64,000 bases of DNA from Candidatus Limivicinus sp. (GTDB taxonomy: Bacteria > Bacillota > Clostridia > Oscillospirales > Oscillospiraceae), in contig JAZRWD010000032.1 in assembly GCA_045599525.1 (NCBI GenBank), positions 1,633-65,632 on the forward strand, read 5' to 3'. Shown piece by piece: positions 55,321 through 63,587 of the stretch (position 1 is its first letter; each line of letters starts with the position of its first letter). The notes beneath the pieces are model-generated. The model was not told the DNA's origin and did not search any database. It saw nothing but the letters and a program-made list of their open reading frames with translations. The translations under genes and the position numbers were made by a program.

Positions 55321-56604
55321 GTGGAAAAAGACAGCCTGAAATACAAAACCTATGTTCAGATTCTGAAAGAAGAACTGGTCCCCGCCATGGGCTGCACAGA
55401 GCCCATCTCCCTGGCCTATGCTGCGGCCAAGGCCCGCGAGGTATTAGGTTGCCTACCGGATGAGGTCTGCCTGCAGGTAAGTGGCAGTATAATCAAAAAT
55501 GTAAAAAGCGTGATTGTCCCGAACACCGGTCACCTGAAGGGCCTGGAAGCAGCCGCGGCCGCGGGCATTATCGCAGGTAATGCCGAAAAAGAACTGGAGG
55601 TCATTGCCGAGGTCAATGAAGCCGAAGTCCGTGAGATGCAGGAATATCTTGACCGCGTCAGGATTGACGTAGAACATATTGAATATGGCCACGTTTTTGA
55701 CATTATTGTAACCGAACGCAAGGGAGAGCATTGGGCTAAGGTTCGTATAACCGACTACCACACAGCTATTGTTTACATCGAAAAAGACGGTGAGATTCTC
55801 CTGCAGAAGGATCTCGACGGCGTCGCTGCGGAAAATGACACGGACCGTAGTCTCCTGACAATGGCTGACATCTGGGATTTTGCCCACACCGTCGACACCC
55901 GGGATATCCGTGACGTGTTGGACAGGCAAATTCGCTACAATACCGCCATCGCTGAGGAAGGATTGATTGGAGATTACGGTGCAGGCATCGGCCGCGTACT
56001 CCTGGATTATCACGGGGGTGACGTTGCCGTTCGCGCCAAGTCAAAAGCCGCCGCAGGCTCTGACGCCCGTATGAACGGCTGCGAGCTGCCTGTCATCATC
56101 AATTCCGGCAGTGGCAATCAGGGAATCGCCTGCTCTGTTCCGGTCATCGAATACGCCATTGAGCTGCGCAGCGGAAAAGAAAAGCTTTACCGTGCACTGG
56201 CCTTGTCCAACCTTGTGGCTATTCATGAAAAAACCGGTATTGGCACCCTGTCCGCCTATTGCGGAGCTGTCAGCGCAGGTGCAGGAGCCGGTGCAGGCAT
56301 TGTTTACCTCTGCGGCGGAGATTTCGAAGCCATGAGTGCAACCGTCGTCAACTGTCTGGCCATCGTTTCCGGTATCGTCTGTGACGGTGCAAAGGCATCC
56401 TGCGCCGCAAAGATTGCCTCTGCCGTGGATGCGGCTATTCTGGGCTACAACATGTATAAAAACGGCCACAGTTTCCATGCAGGAGACGGAATCGTGATGA
56501 AAGACATCGAGGATACCATCAAGGGAATCGGCGTCATCGGAAAGGACGGTATGCGTTCTACCAATGATGAGATCATCCGCCTGATGATTGGCGGTGCAGA
56601 CTGA
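55321..56604 (+). CDS. UPF0597/YhaM-type L-cysteine desulfidase family protein (serine dehydratase alpha-like)
   Basis: YVQILKEELVPAMGCTEPISLAYAAAKAREVLG and GSGNQGI are present. The GTG start follows GAGGAGG. Confidence 0.8.
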   Translation: MEKDSLKYKTYVQILKEELVPAMGCTEPISLAYAAAKAREVLGCLPDEVCLQVSGSIIKNVKSVIVPNTGHLKGLEAAAAAGIIAGNAEKELEVIAEVNEAEVREMQEYLDRVRIDVEHIEYGHVFDIIVTERKGEHWAKVRITDYHTAIVYIEKDGEILLQKDLDGVAAENDTDRSLLTMADIWDFAHTVDTRDIRDVLDRQIRYNTAIAEEGLIGDYGAGIGRVLLDYHGGDVAVRAKSKAAAGSDARMNGCELPVIINSGSGNQGIACSVPVIEYAIELRSGKEKLYRALALSNLVAIHEKTGIGTLSAYCGAVSAGAGAGAGIVYLCGGDFEAMSATVVNCLAIVSGIVCDGAKASCAAKIASAVDAAILGYNMYKNGHSFHAGDGIVMKDIEDTIKGIGVIGKDGMRSTNDEIIRLMIGGAD

Positions 56605-56619
56605 CCGGCCAAGTTGTTA

Positions 56620-56648
56620 TTGAATTGACCGCACCTGTGTGCTATACT
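56620..56648 (+). promoter_or_regulatory. Promoter of the Tat-flavoprotein gene
   Basis: TTGAAT (56620-56625), 17 nt spacer ending in TGC, TATACT (56643-56648). Confidence 0.55.
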
Positions 56649-56660
56649 TTTGTCAGAATA

Positions 56661-56680
56661 CTTAAGATTTGCTTAAGATT
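56661..56680 (+). repeat. Direct repeat CTTAAGATT x2, 11-bp register, in the 5' UTR
   Basis: Copies at 56661-56669 and 56672-56680, between the -10 element and the RBS at ~56698. Confidence 0.85.
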
Positions 56681-56712
56681 CAAACTCAGATTTGGAAAAG
56701 GAGACCATTATT

Positions 56713-58383
56713 ATGGCAAACATTTCCCGTCGCGACTTTCTGAAGGGCGTAGGCGCAGGCGCACTGGGCGCAGTTGCCGCTTCCGTTCTCCCCACCATGG
56801 CTGCTGCTGATGAAGAGCTCGTCATGACCGCTGCCAAGTCCCTCGAAACCAAGTGGAGCTTCGAGATTGCTCCCGATCCCATCCCTGAAGATCAGATCGC
56901 CGAAGTCATCGAAGACGAAGTCATCATTGTCGGTGCCGGTATGTCCGGTCTGACCACTGCTTATTCCGCACAGGTCAACGGCGCTTCCGTTACCCTGTTC
57001 TCCGCCTCCAGCGGCCCCATCTCCCGTGGTGGTTCCAACTTCTCCGCATACTCCAAGGTCATCGAAGCCCGCGGCATCGAGCGCTTCGACCCGCAGCCGT
57101 ACTTCTATGATGAGATGCGTGCTGCTTCCTTCCAGGTCGACCAGAAGAAGTGGAACCGTGGCTACAACAATTCTGAGGAAGCCATGAACTGGCTCATCGA
57201 CCTCGTCAAGGAAGACGGCCTGGACGTCATCCTCGAGCGTGACAACAAGCTCGACGGCAAGGGCCCCTACTATGCACATGCATTCACTACCGAAGGCAAC
57301 TCCTCCATGGTCTCCACCGGCCAGCAGGGTGCAGTTGAATCCATGGAACGCCACGCTCTCGCAGCCGGCGCCACCATCATCTATGATACCGTTGCAAAGT
57401 ACCTCATCCGCGAAGACAACAACACCGGCCGTGTAACCGGCGTCGTAGCTCAGAAGGCTGACGGCACCTATGTAAAGTTCATGGGCAAGAAGGGCGTTGT
57501 CCTCGCCACCGGCGACTTCTCCGCTAACAAGCAGATGCTCGCAAAGTACTGCCCGATGGTCCTCGACCTGGTCGGCATTGAAGAGAACGAGCCCGACTAC
57601 AACACCGGCTTCTCCCTGGCAGGTATCTACCACGGCGACGGCCAGCAGATGGGTCTGTGGGCAGGCGCTGCATGGCAGCATGCCTTCCCGGCAGCTCCGA
57701 TGATGCAGGGTTCCTGGGGTGGCTCCTTCGAGCCGTGCGGCTTCCACCAGGGTCTGAACGTCAACACCCGCACCGAACGTTACATGCGTGAAGACGTTTC
57801 CGCTCCTTACAAGGCCAACCACCTGCTCAGCCAGCCCGGCCACATCGCATGGGGCATCTGGACCGCCAACTTCGCTCAGGCCATCGTTGATGCCGGCTAT
57901 GAGTGGTACACCTTCGGTATGGACTATGACCTGCCTGCAAAGACCCCCGAAGAAATGATCGCCACCTGGGAAAGCAGCAAAGCTGACACTCTCGAAGAGC
58001 TGGCCGAAAAGCTGGACCTCGATGCCGAAAAGCTGGTTGCTGTTGTTAAGCGCTACAACGAGCTGTGCGAAAAGGGCGTTGACGAAGACTTCCACAAGGC
58101 TCCTCAGTTCATGATCCCCATTAACGAAGAAGGCCCCTTCTACTATGCAAAGAACTCTGCCCTGTTCATGACCGTTATGGGCGGCCTCCGCACCAACGAG
58201 TACATGCAGGTCGAAGACGCCAACGACGAACCCATCCCGGGCCTGTTCAACGTCGGCGCCATGATCGGCGACATGTATGCCAACACCTACAACTTTGCCG
58301 TTCCTGGCAATAGCTACGGCATCAACTGCCTGACCTTCGGCAAGCTCCTTGGCGAAGACCTGGCCAGCGGCAAGTTTGACTGA
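56713..58383 (+). CDS. Tat-signal FAD-dependent oxidoreductase (fumarate reductase/flavocytochrome c flavoprotein-like)
   Basis: MANISRRDFLKGVGAGALGAVAASVLPTMAAA twin-arginine signal, then VIIVGAGMSGLTTA FAD fold and C-terminal GLFNVGAMIGDMY. The ATG at 56713 follows AAAGGAGA. Confidence 0.8.
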   Translation: MANISRRDFLKGVGAGALGAVAASVLPTMAAADEELVMTAAKSLETKWSFEIAPDPIPEDQIAEVIEDEVIIVGAGMSGLTTAYSAQVNGASVTLFSASSGPISRGGSNFSAYSKVIEARGIERFDPQPYFYDEMRAASFQVDQKKWNRGYNNSEEAMNWLIDLVKEDGLDVILERDNKLDGKGPYYAHAFTTEGNSSMVSTGQQGAVESMERHALAAGATIIYDTVAKYLIREDNNTGRVTGVVAQKADGTYVKFMGKKGVVLATGDFSANKQMLAKYCPMVLDLVGIEENEPDYNTGFSLAGIYHGDGQQMGLWAGAAWQHAFPAAPMMQGSWGGSFEPCGFHQGLNVNTRTERYMREDVSAPYKANHLLSQPGHIAWGIWTANFAQAIVDAGYEWYTFGMDYDLPAKTPEEMIATWESSKADTLEELAEKLDLDAEKLVAVVKRYNELCEKGVDEDFHKAPQFMIPINEEGPFYYAKNSALFMTVMGGLRTNEYMQVEDANDEPIPGLFNVGAMIGDMYANTYNFAVPGNSYGINCLTFGKLLGEDLASGKFD

Positions 58384-58415
58384 TTCCGTAAACATTTCTG
58401 ATTTCTGAATAAACG

Positions 58416-58458
58416 TCCCGCGGGGCGGAGGTTTTTCCTCTGTCCCGCGGGATTTTTT
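58416..58458 (+). terminator. Intrinsic terminator after the flavoprotein gene
   Basis: TCCCGCGGG (58416-58424) / CCCGCGGGA (58444-58452), followed by T6. Confidence 0.85.
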
Positions 58459-58603
58459 CTTTCCGTACACTTTTCTGCTGCTCATTCTTCGGCTGTGCGT
58501 CGTTCTTCTGTAGTTCTTGTCGCTTGTGAATTTCGCATTGTGTGCCATCCAGCCGTAAGCTTTGTGGCTTATGCACTATTCGGTGTGTGCGCTTTTCCGC
58601 CCT

Positions 58604-59320
58604 TTATGTCAATGGAGTACCGTTCACCGCAGCCTTCAGCACCTGCTCCCATTCGCCTACGGTCTCCAGCACCTCTTCGGGGCTGACGGGCTCATATGCT
58701 TCCTCGTTCCAGTCCAGCTTGTCCCAAAGGTCCATAATATCATAGGGTAGCCAGGAGGCGAGATCTGGCCCACGGAGATAGCAGCATTCCTTCCCGTTTT
58801 CTTCCACAACCAAGTAGATTCGGTTTCCGTTGCGGTAACGTTCTGTGGAACGGCGCACATCCGCCTCCGTCACACGGCCCGGGGTATCGAAGAAGCGCTC
58901 AATCGACGCAGCTTCTTCCGGGGCCGGTGCTGCAGGACCCAGAGGTACCGGAGCAGACGTCTCCGTCAGGGTCTCCTGTTGTTCCGTGAGCTGTGCCAGC
59001 TTATCATATTTGGCCGCGCTGCCCTTTGCCTTGCTCACCGGGTATTTCGCAGCGTTCTTCTCCATTTTCGCCAGAACAATCTCTCGCAGGTCCAGGTCCA
59101 GTACGCTGGCCATCTGTATGCAGTAATTCACCACATCCGCCAATTCCTCCCGCACGGCCCCCAGGTCATATTCCGTGTCGCTCCACTGGAAGCACTCCAG
59201 GAGCTCATTCGCCTCTATGGAAATGCTCTTTGCCAAATTCGCAGGCGTATGGAACTGTTCCCAGTCCCGTTCCCGTGTAAAAGTATCGATCTTTTCCTTC
59301 AGTTCAAGCAGAGAATCCAT
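58604..59320 (-). CDS. MazG-like nucleotide pyrophosphohydrolase fused to a ~110-aa C-terminal domain of unknown function
   Basis: The N-terminal ~105 aa read RDWEQFHTPANLAKSISIEANELLECFQW...EELADVVNYCIQMA (EExxE/D MazG helices). A P/A-rich linker follows, then an unrecognised domain. Confidence 0.7.
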   Translation of the reverse strand: MDSLLELKEKIDTFTRERDWEQFHTPANLAKSISIEANELLECFQWSDTEYDLGAVREELADVVNYCIQMASVLDLDLREIVLAKMEKNAAKYPVSKAKGSAAKYDKLAQLTEQQETLTETSAPVPLGPAAPAPEEAASIERFFDTPGRVTEADVRRSTERYRNGNRIYLVVEENGKECCYLRGPDLASWLPYDIMDLWDKLDWNEEAYEPVSPEEVLETVGEWEQVLKAAVNGTPLT

Positions 59321-59354
59321 ATTCCACTCCTTTACTCGCTGTTCCTGTGCTTTT

Positions 59355-61349
59355 TCAGAGCAGCTCGACGCCGGTGTCTGTCAGCCGGATATGTGTCGTG
59401 TAGAAAGCAGCCATTGCCGCCGTCAGATATCCCGTATCCCGCACACCGGCCGTCTCATATGGTGAGTGCATAGCCAACTGTGCGGCTCCAATATCCACGG
59501 TATTCAAGGATACGTGTGCACTGGACAGGTTGCCTAGTGTGGACCCTCCCGCTACATCGGAATGATTCACATAGGTTTGGAAAGGCACCCCTGCCCGCCG
59601 GCAAAGACTTTGGAACACAGCTGCGGAGACCGCATCCGTAGTATACTTCTGGTTTGCGTTATATTTCAGGAGCACACCACCGTTCATGACCGGACGGTTT
59701 GACAGATCGGCCTTTTCCGGGTAATTCGGGTGAATCGCGTGGCCGTTGTCTGCCGAAAGCATAAAGCTGGAAGCAACCGCCATGCGGTGCTCCTCGGTGC
59801 TGAGTCCCAGGCAGGCGCTCACCCGTTCCAGTACATCCTCGAGGAAGGTAGAGTCTGCCCCCTGCTTGGTAAGGCTTCCCACCTCTTCGTTGTCAAACAC
59901 AGCCATGACTGTTACACTGTGTGGGTTACCGCCCTGCAGGAAGGCCTGCAGCGAGGCAAACACGCACATCTGGTCATCCAGCCGCGGTGAGGAGACATAC
60001 TCCCGGTTTGCCCCCCACACGGAGGCCGGCGTCCGGGCATAGAGGAACAGGTCTGAGCTGACGATTTTTTCCGCTGGAACTCGCACAGCCTCCGCCACCA
60101 GAGGAAGCAGACCGTCCTTTGCCCGCTCATCGCCGAGTATGGGTGCGATTTCTTTCTGCACCGAATAGCTGTGGCCGTCATTGGCCGAGCGGTCCATATG
60201 CACAGCAAGACTGGGCAGCATCAGCAGATCCCTGTCCAGGTTTACGAGACGGGTCTCCAGGATTCCGTTCTTTTCCACCAGCACACGGCCTGCCACCGAT
60301 AGCGGACGGTCGAACCATGGTGCAAGCAGCATGCCGCCGTATTTTTCCACGTTCAGCGTCACATATCCGCCGGGCTTGCCCAGCTCCGGCTTTTCCTTCA
60401 CCTTAAAACTGGGAGAATCACTGTGAGAAGCAACGATTTGGAAATTTGCCACTGAACGCTCGGGCACCCGGAAGGCAATGACCGATGACCCGCCGCGAAC
60501 CGTAAAGTATCCCTTCCCCGGGCGCAGCTCCCAGCGGTTCTGTTCCCGTAGCTCGGTATAACCAACCCTTGTAAGCCTTTCACGGATAGCCTGCACTACG
60601 TGAAAACAGGTCGGGTTAGCAGCAATAAACGCCGTCATCTCCCGAGTCAGTTCCGCAAAACGGTCTTCCTTTTCCTCAGGTTTCGATACAGGTTCTGTAT
60701 AGCTACCTGTTATGTTGTCCGCAGAAGCTTCGGTAATGGCTTCCTCTTTCTGTGCAGGAACATTCTTTTCTGCCATCTCCTGTACGTTGGCTGGTATCGG
60801 GGCACCCATATCGCGGCTCTCAGCACCGCTCTGCTCCGTCTGCGTCCGCTCGGCGGATTGTGTCTGCTCGTCTGCACTCATGGAGGCCGGCACATCCTCC
60901 GCAGCTGTATCCCTGGGCAGCGGCGGCTGATACAACAATTCCTGACCGAAGTCCTTTGGAATCTCCAGGTATGCACCAAACGGATTGAGCACAATTCCAG
61001 TCAGCTGAGAATCTACCAGCAGTTCCAGCAGGTCCCGTAGGGGCATGGGCGACAGCGTCACGGCCCCCAGTTCTTCACTTTCCGTTCGGTTTGTAAACAG
61101 GGGCAGCCAGGCAGAACCGTCCGGTTTAGTCAGAATACGCTCGGCATATTCCGGTTCTGCCATCGGGTTGTGCGCCAGTTCTTCTTCATTCGTCCGCATT
61201 AGGGGAATCAGCACCTCCACATGCTCCTGCAGGGCGCGTGAGACCGCTGTCACCACCAGTTCAGCATTTTCCGGCTCACGGTGATCATGCCATGCCTTTA
61301 GGGCCCGCTCAAGCGGCGGGCAACCGGTAGTATAGGGATTATAATGCAT
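59355..61349 (-). CDS. M18 family aminopeptidase with an N-terminal SseB-like domain and an acidic linker
   Basis: The C-terminal ~430 aa carry SHSDSPSFKVK, FDNEEVGS, SADNGHAIHPNY and GGSTLG. The N-terminal ~150 aa (PDGSAWLPLFTNRTESEEL...GIVLNPFGAYLEIP) resemble the SseB N-terminal domain. Confidence 0.8.
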   Translation of the reverse strand: MHYNPYTTGCPPLERALKAWHDHREPENAELVVTAVSRALQEHVEVLIPLMRTNEEELAHNPMAEPEYAERILTKPDGSAWLPLFTNRTESEELGAVTLSPMPLRDLLELLVDSQLTGIVLNPFGAYLEIPKDFGQELLYQPPLPRDTAAEDVPASMSADEQTQSAERTQTEQSGAESRDMGAPIPANVQEMAEKNVPAQKEEAITEASADNITGSYTEPVSKPEEKEDRFAELTREMTAFIAANPTCFHVVQAIRERLTRVGYTELREQNRWELRPGKGYFTVRGGSSVIAFRVPERSVANFQIVASHSDSPSFKVKEKPELGKPGGYVTLNVEKYGGMLLAPWFDRPLSVAGRVLVEKNGILETRLVNLDRDLLMLPSLAVHMDRSANDGHSYSVQKEIAPILGDERAKDGLLPLVAEAVRVPAEKIVSSDLFLYARTPASVWGANREYVSSPRLDDQMCVFASLQAFLQGGNPHSVTVMAVFDNEEVGSLTKQGADSTFLEDVLERVSACLGLSTEEHRMAVASSFMLSADNGHAIHPNYPEKADLSNRPVMNGGVLLKYNANQKYTTDAVSAAVFQSLCRRAGVPFQTYVNHSDVAGGSTLGNLSSAHVSLNTVDIGAAQLAMHSPYETAGVRDTGYLTAAMAAFYTTHIRLTDTGVELL

Positions 61350-61549
61350 CGTATTATCTCCTTTAATCCGCTTCTGGCTAGCTGCTGTTCAGCTTTGCAG
61401 AAGCATCTTCCGTTTTTTCTGATTATATCACAATTGACCGCAGAATGGTACGTTTTCCCGTCCGGAAAGGAGGGCTTGACCCCTGTTCACTTCCGTGGTA
61501 TTTTTTAGTGAATGGTTCTCTGTTCCAAATCATTTCCAAGGAGGGACTA

Positions 61550-62281
61550 ATGCGTACTTTTATCTGGTTCTGTTATTTCTGGGGATATATGCTGGTGCAT
61601 CTCCCCGCATTGCATAAAGGCCTTAAGGCGCTGAACAACGGTAATTTTCAGACTGCCGACGAGATTGCCTATCAAAACGTCCCCCGCTGGTGCAACAAAC
61701 TGCTTCAGCTTGCCGGTGTGGAGGTCACGGTCATCGGTCAGGAAAACATCCCGGCAGACCGTGCCTGCGTGTTCACCGCAAACCATCGCGGCTACTTCGA
61801 CATTCCCCTGATGCTCACCCAGCTGGGAAAGCCCATCGCTCTGGTCAGTAAGATTGAGGTGGAAAAGATCCCCCTCATTCGCAAATGGATGGCCCTGCTT
61901 CATTGCCTGTTTCTGGACCGGGATGACCCGCGACAGAGCATGCGTGTGCTCGGCGAAGCGGCTGACCTGGTCGAAAAAGGCTACTCCGTCGGCATCTTCC
62001 CGGAGGGTACCCGCTATAAGGGTGACGAAGGTGGTCTGGGCAAGTTTTTAGGCGGCGCTTTCCGCATTGCCAGCAAGTCTGGGGCTCCCATCATTCCTGT
62101 CGTTCTGTTCAATACCCGTGCCTGTCTGGAGGGCGACGGCCACTTCACCATGAAGCCGGCAAAGGTTGCCGTGCACATCCTGCCCCCGATAGAAACAAAA
62201 GACCTTGACCGTTCCGCCCTGAAGACCCTGCCTGAGCAGGTCGAGCAAATCATCCGTGAAGAACTTGCGAAGGGTGCCTGA
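61550..62281 (+). CDS. plsC: 1-acyl-sn-glycerol-3-phosphate acyltransferase
   Basis: NHRGYFD (HX4D) and IFPEGTR motifs. The ATG at 61550 follows GGAGGG. Confidence 0.85.
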   Translation: MRTFIWFCYFWGYMLVHLPALHKGLKALNNGNFQTADEIAYQNVPRWCNKLLQLAGVEVTVIGQENIPADRACVFTANHRGYFDIPLMLTQLGKPIALVSKIEVEKIPLIRKWMALLHCLFLDRDDPRQSMRVLGEAADLVEKGYSVGIFPEGTRYKGDEGGLGKFLGGAFRIASKSGAPIIPVVLFNTRACLEGDGHFTMKPAKVAVHILPPIETKDLDRSALKTLPEQVEQIIREELAKGA

Positions 62282-62335
62282 CCGGTATAAGCCCGCAAAA
62301 ACGACCATCAGTCTTGCTTAATGCAATATCGCTTC

Positions 62336-62377
62336 AAACACCGTGCCCTCCGAATCGACGGAGGCACGGTGTTTTTC
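62336..62377. terminator. Terminator between the convergent plsC and HAD genes
   Basis: AAACACCGTGCCCTCC / GGAGGCACGGTGTTT stem with one bulge, followed by T5. Confidence 0.8.
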
Positions 62378-62407
62378 TGCTGCCGTGTTCGTGTCTGCCC
62401 CACCGAG

Positions 62408-63100
62408 TCACAGAATCTGCCGCAGCAGATTCGACAGGGCAGCCTCGTCTGTAACCTGCCACTCTGCTGCGCTCTCTTCTACCGTTGCACCATGCCGGTT
62501 CAGCCACAGTGTGTGCCAGCCCAGTCGCGCTGCGGGCAGAATATCCGTCACATAGGAATCCCCAACATACAGCAGTTCCTCCGGGGGCAGGCCCACTGTT
62601 CGTTCTACCATGCGAAAGATTTCCGGATCAGGCTTGTCTATGCCAAGATCACCGGAAATAAACACAAGCTCCGACGGAAACATAGCGTCCAGCCCCATCG
62701 TCCGGATTTTTTCCCGCTGATGGTCACTGCGACCGTTGGTGATCAGCCCCGTCCATACGGCTCTTTCCCGGCAAAGCTCCAGCACCGCACGCAGCTTTTC
62801 TGACAATGCAATCTGCTTCTGGAATCCGGCATAGCGGGCACGGAAGCCGAGAGCCTCTTCATCGGACAAAGTTATACCGCAATCGCTAAAGCCCGCCTGA
62901 TACTGGTGAATGTAGAAATCCCGCATGGCAATCTTTCCGCACTGTGAATCGTAAAACCTTTCCATAGCACGCCGATGGCAGGCCGCATTCAACTCCGAGG
63001 CTCTGGGCATAGCCTCGGGATACAGCATCTCCAGAGCTTGCACAAATGGCCGACTGCGGTCATAAAGAGTGTCATCCAGGTCAAAAAAGACGGCTTTCAT
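62408..63100 (-). CDS. HAD-IA family hydrolase
   Basis: MKAVFFDLDDTLYD (DxDxT), LITNG, and YVGDSYVTDI. Confidence 0.8.
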   Translation of the reverse strand: MKAVFFDLDDTLYDRSRPFVQALEMLYPEAMPRASELNAACHRRAMERFYDSQCGKIAMRDFYIHQYQAGFSDCGITLSDEEALGFRARYAGFQKQIALSEKLRAVLELCRERAVWTGLITNGRSDHQREKIRTMGLDAMFPSELVFISGDLGIDKPDPEIFRMVERTVGLPPEELLYVGDSYVTDILPAARLGWHTLWLNRHGATVEESAAEWQVTDEAALSNLLRQIL

Positions 63101-63587
63101 GGTATACCTCCTGTTTCACGCGGAAGTCTTTGTACCCTTGGGGGTTATGCTGTCAGTTTACCACAGTCCGCTGTCTCTCCGCCACAGCTTTCCTTTGTTT
63201 CCATTGTCTTTTTGTCGACTTTATCTTCCATCCGATGCGCTTTCCTCATGCTGTTTCTCCGCGCATTTACCTTCGAATCAAAATCAGTGCATTTTTCTTT
63301 CACTTTTTAGTATTAGCATTCATTGTAATGCACTCATTTTGAATTTATCCATTTATTTCTAATTTCTTCATAAGAATTGGTCAAATTTGCACATCTGTTC
63401 CTGCAAAATTTCAGTGAATTTATCTATTTAATAAAAGACGCAATTCATGTATAATTAGCATGGAAAGAAGAAGTGTATTGATAACGCGCCCGCAAGCGTA
63501 TGCGCTGCCGGAGGTTCTGCCGGTCCAGCACCGGGTGTTTGACGAAAGAGGTAAACAAAATATAGAAAGAAAAGGAGTATACTTCTT

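Noticed and set aside
56686-58548. 620-aa minus-strand ORF covering the flavoprotein gene
   Set aside because: It is antisense to a gene with a Tat signal, an FAD fold, an RBS and a terminator. It has no RBS, and its product is Gly/Val/Asp-rich nonsense. It is a shadow ORF.
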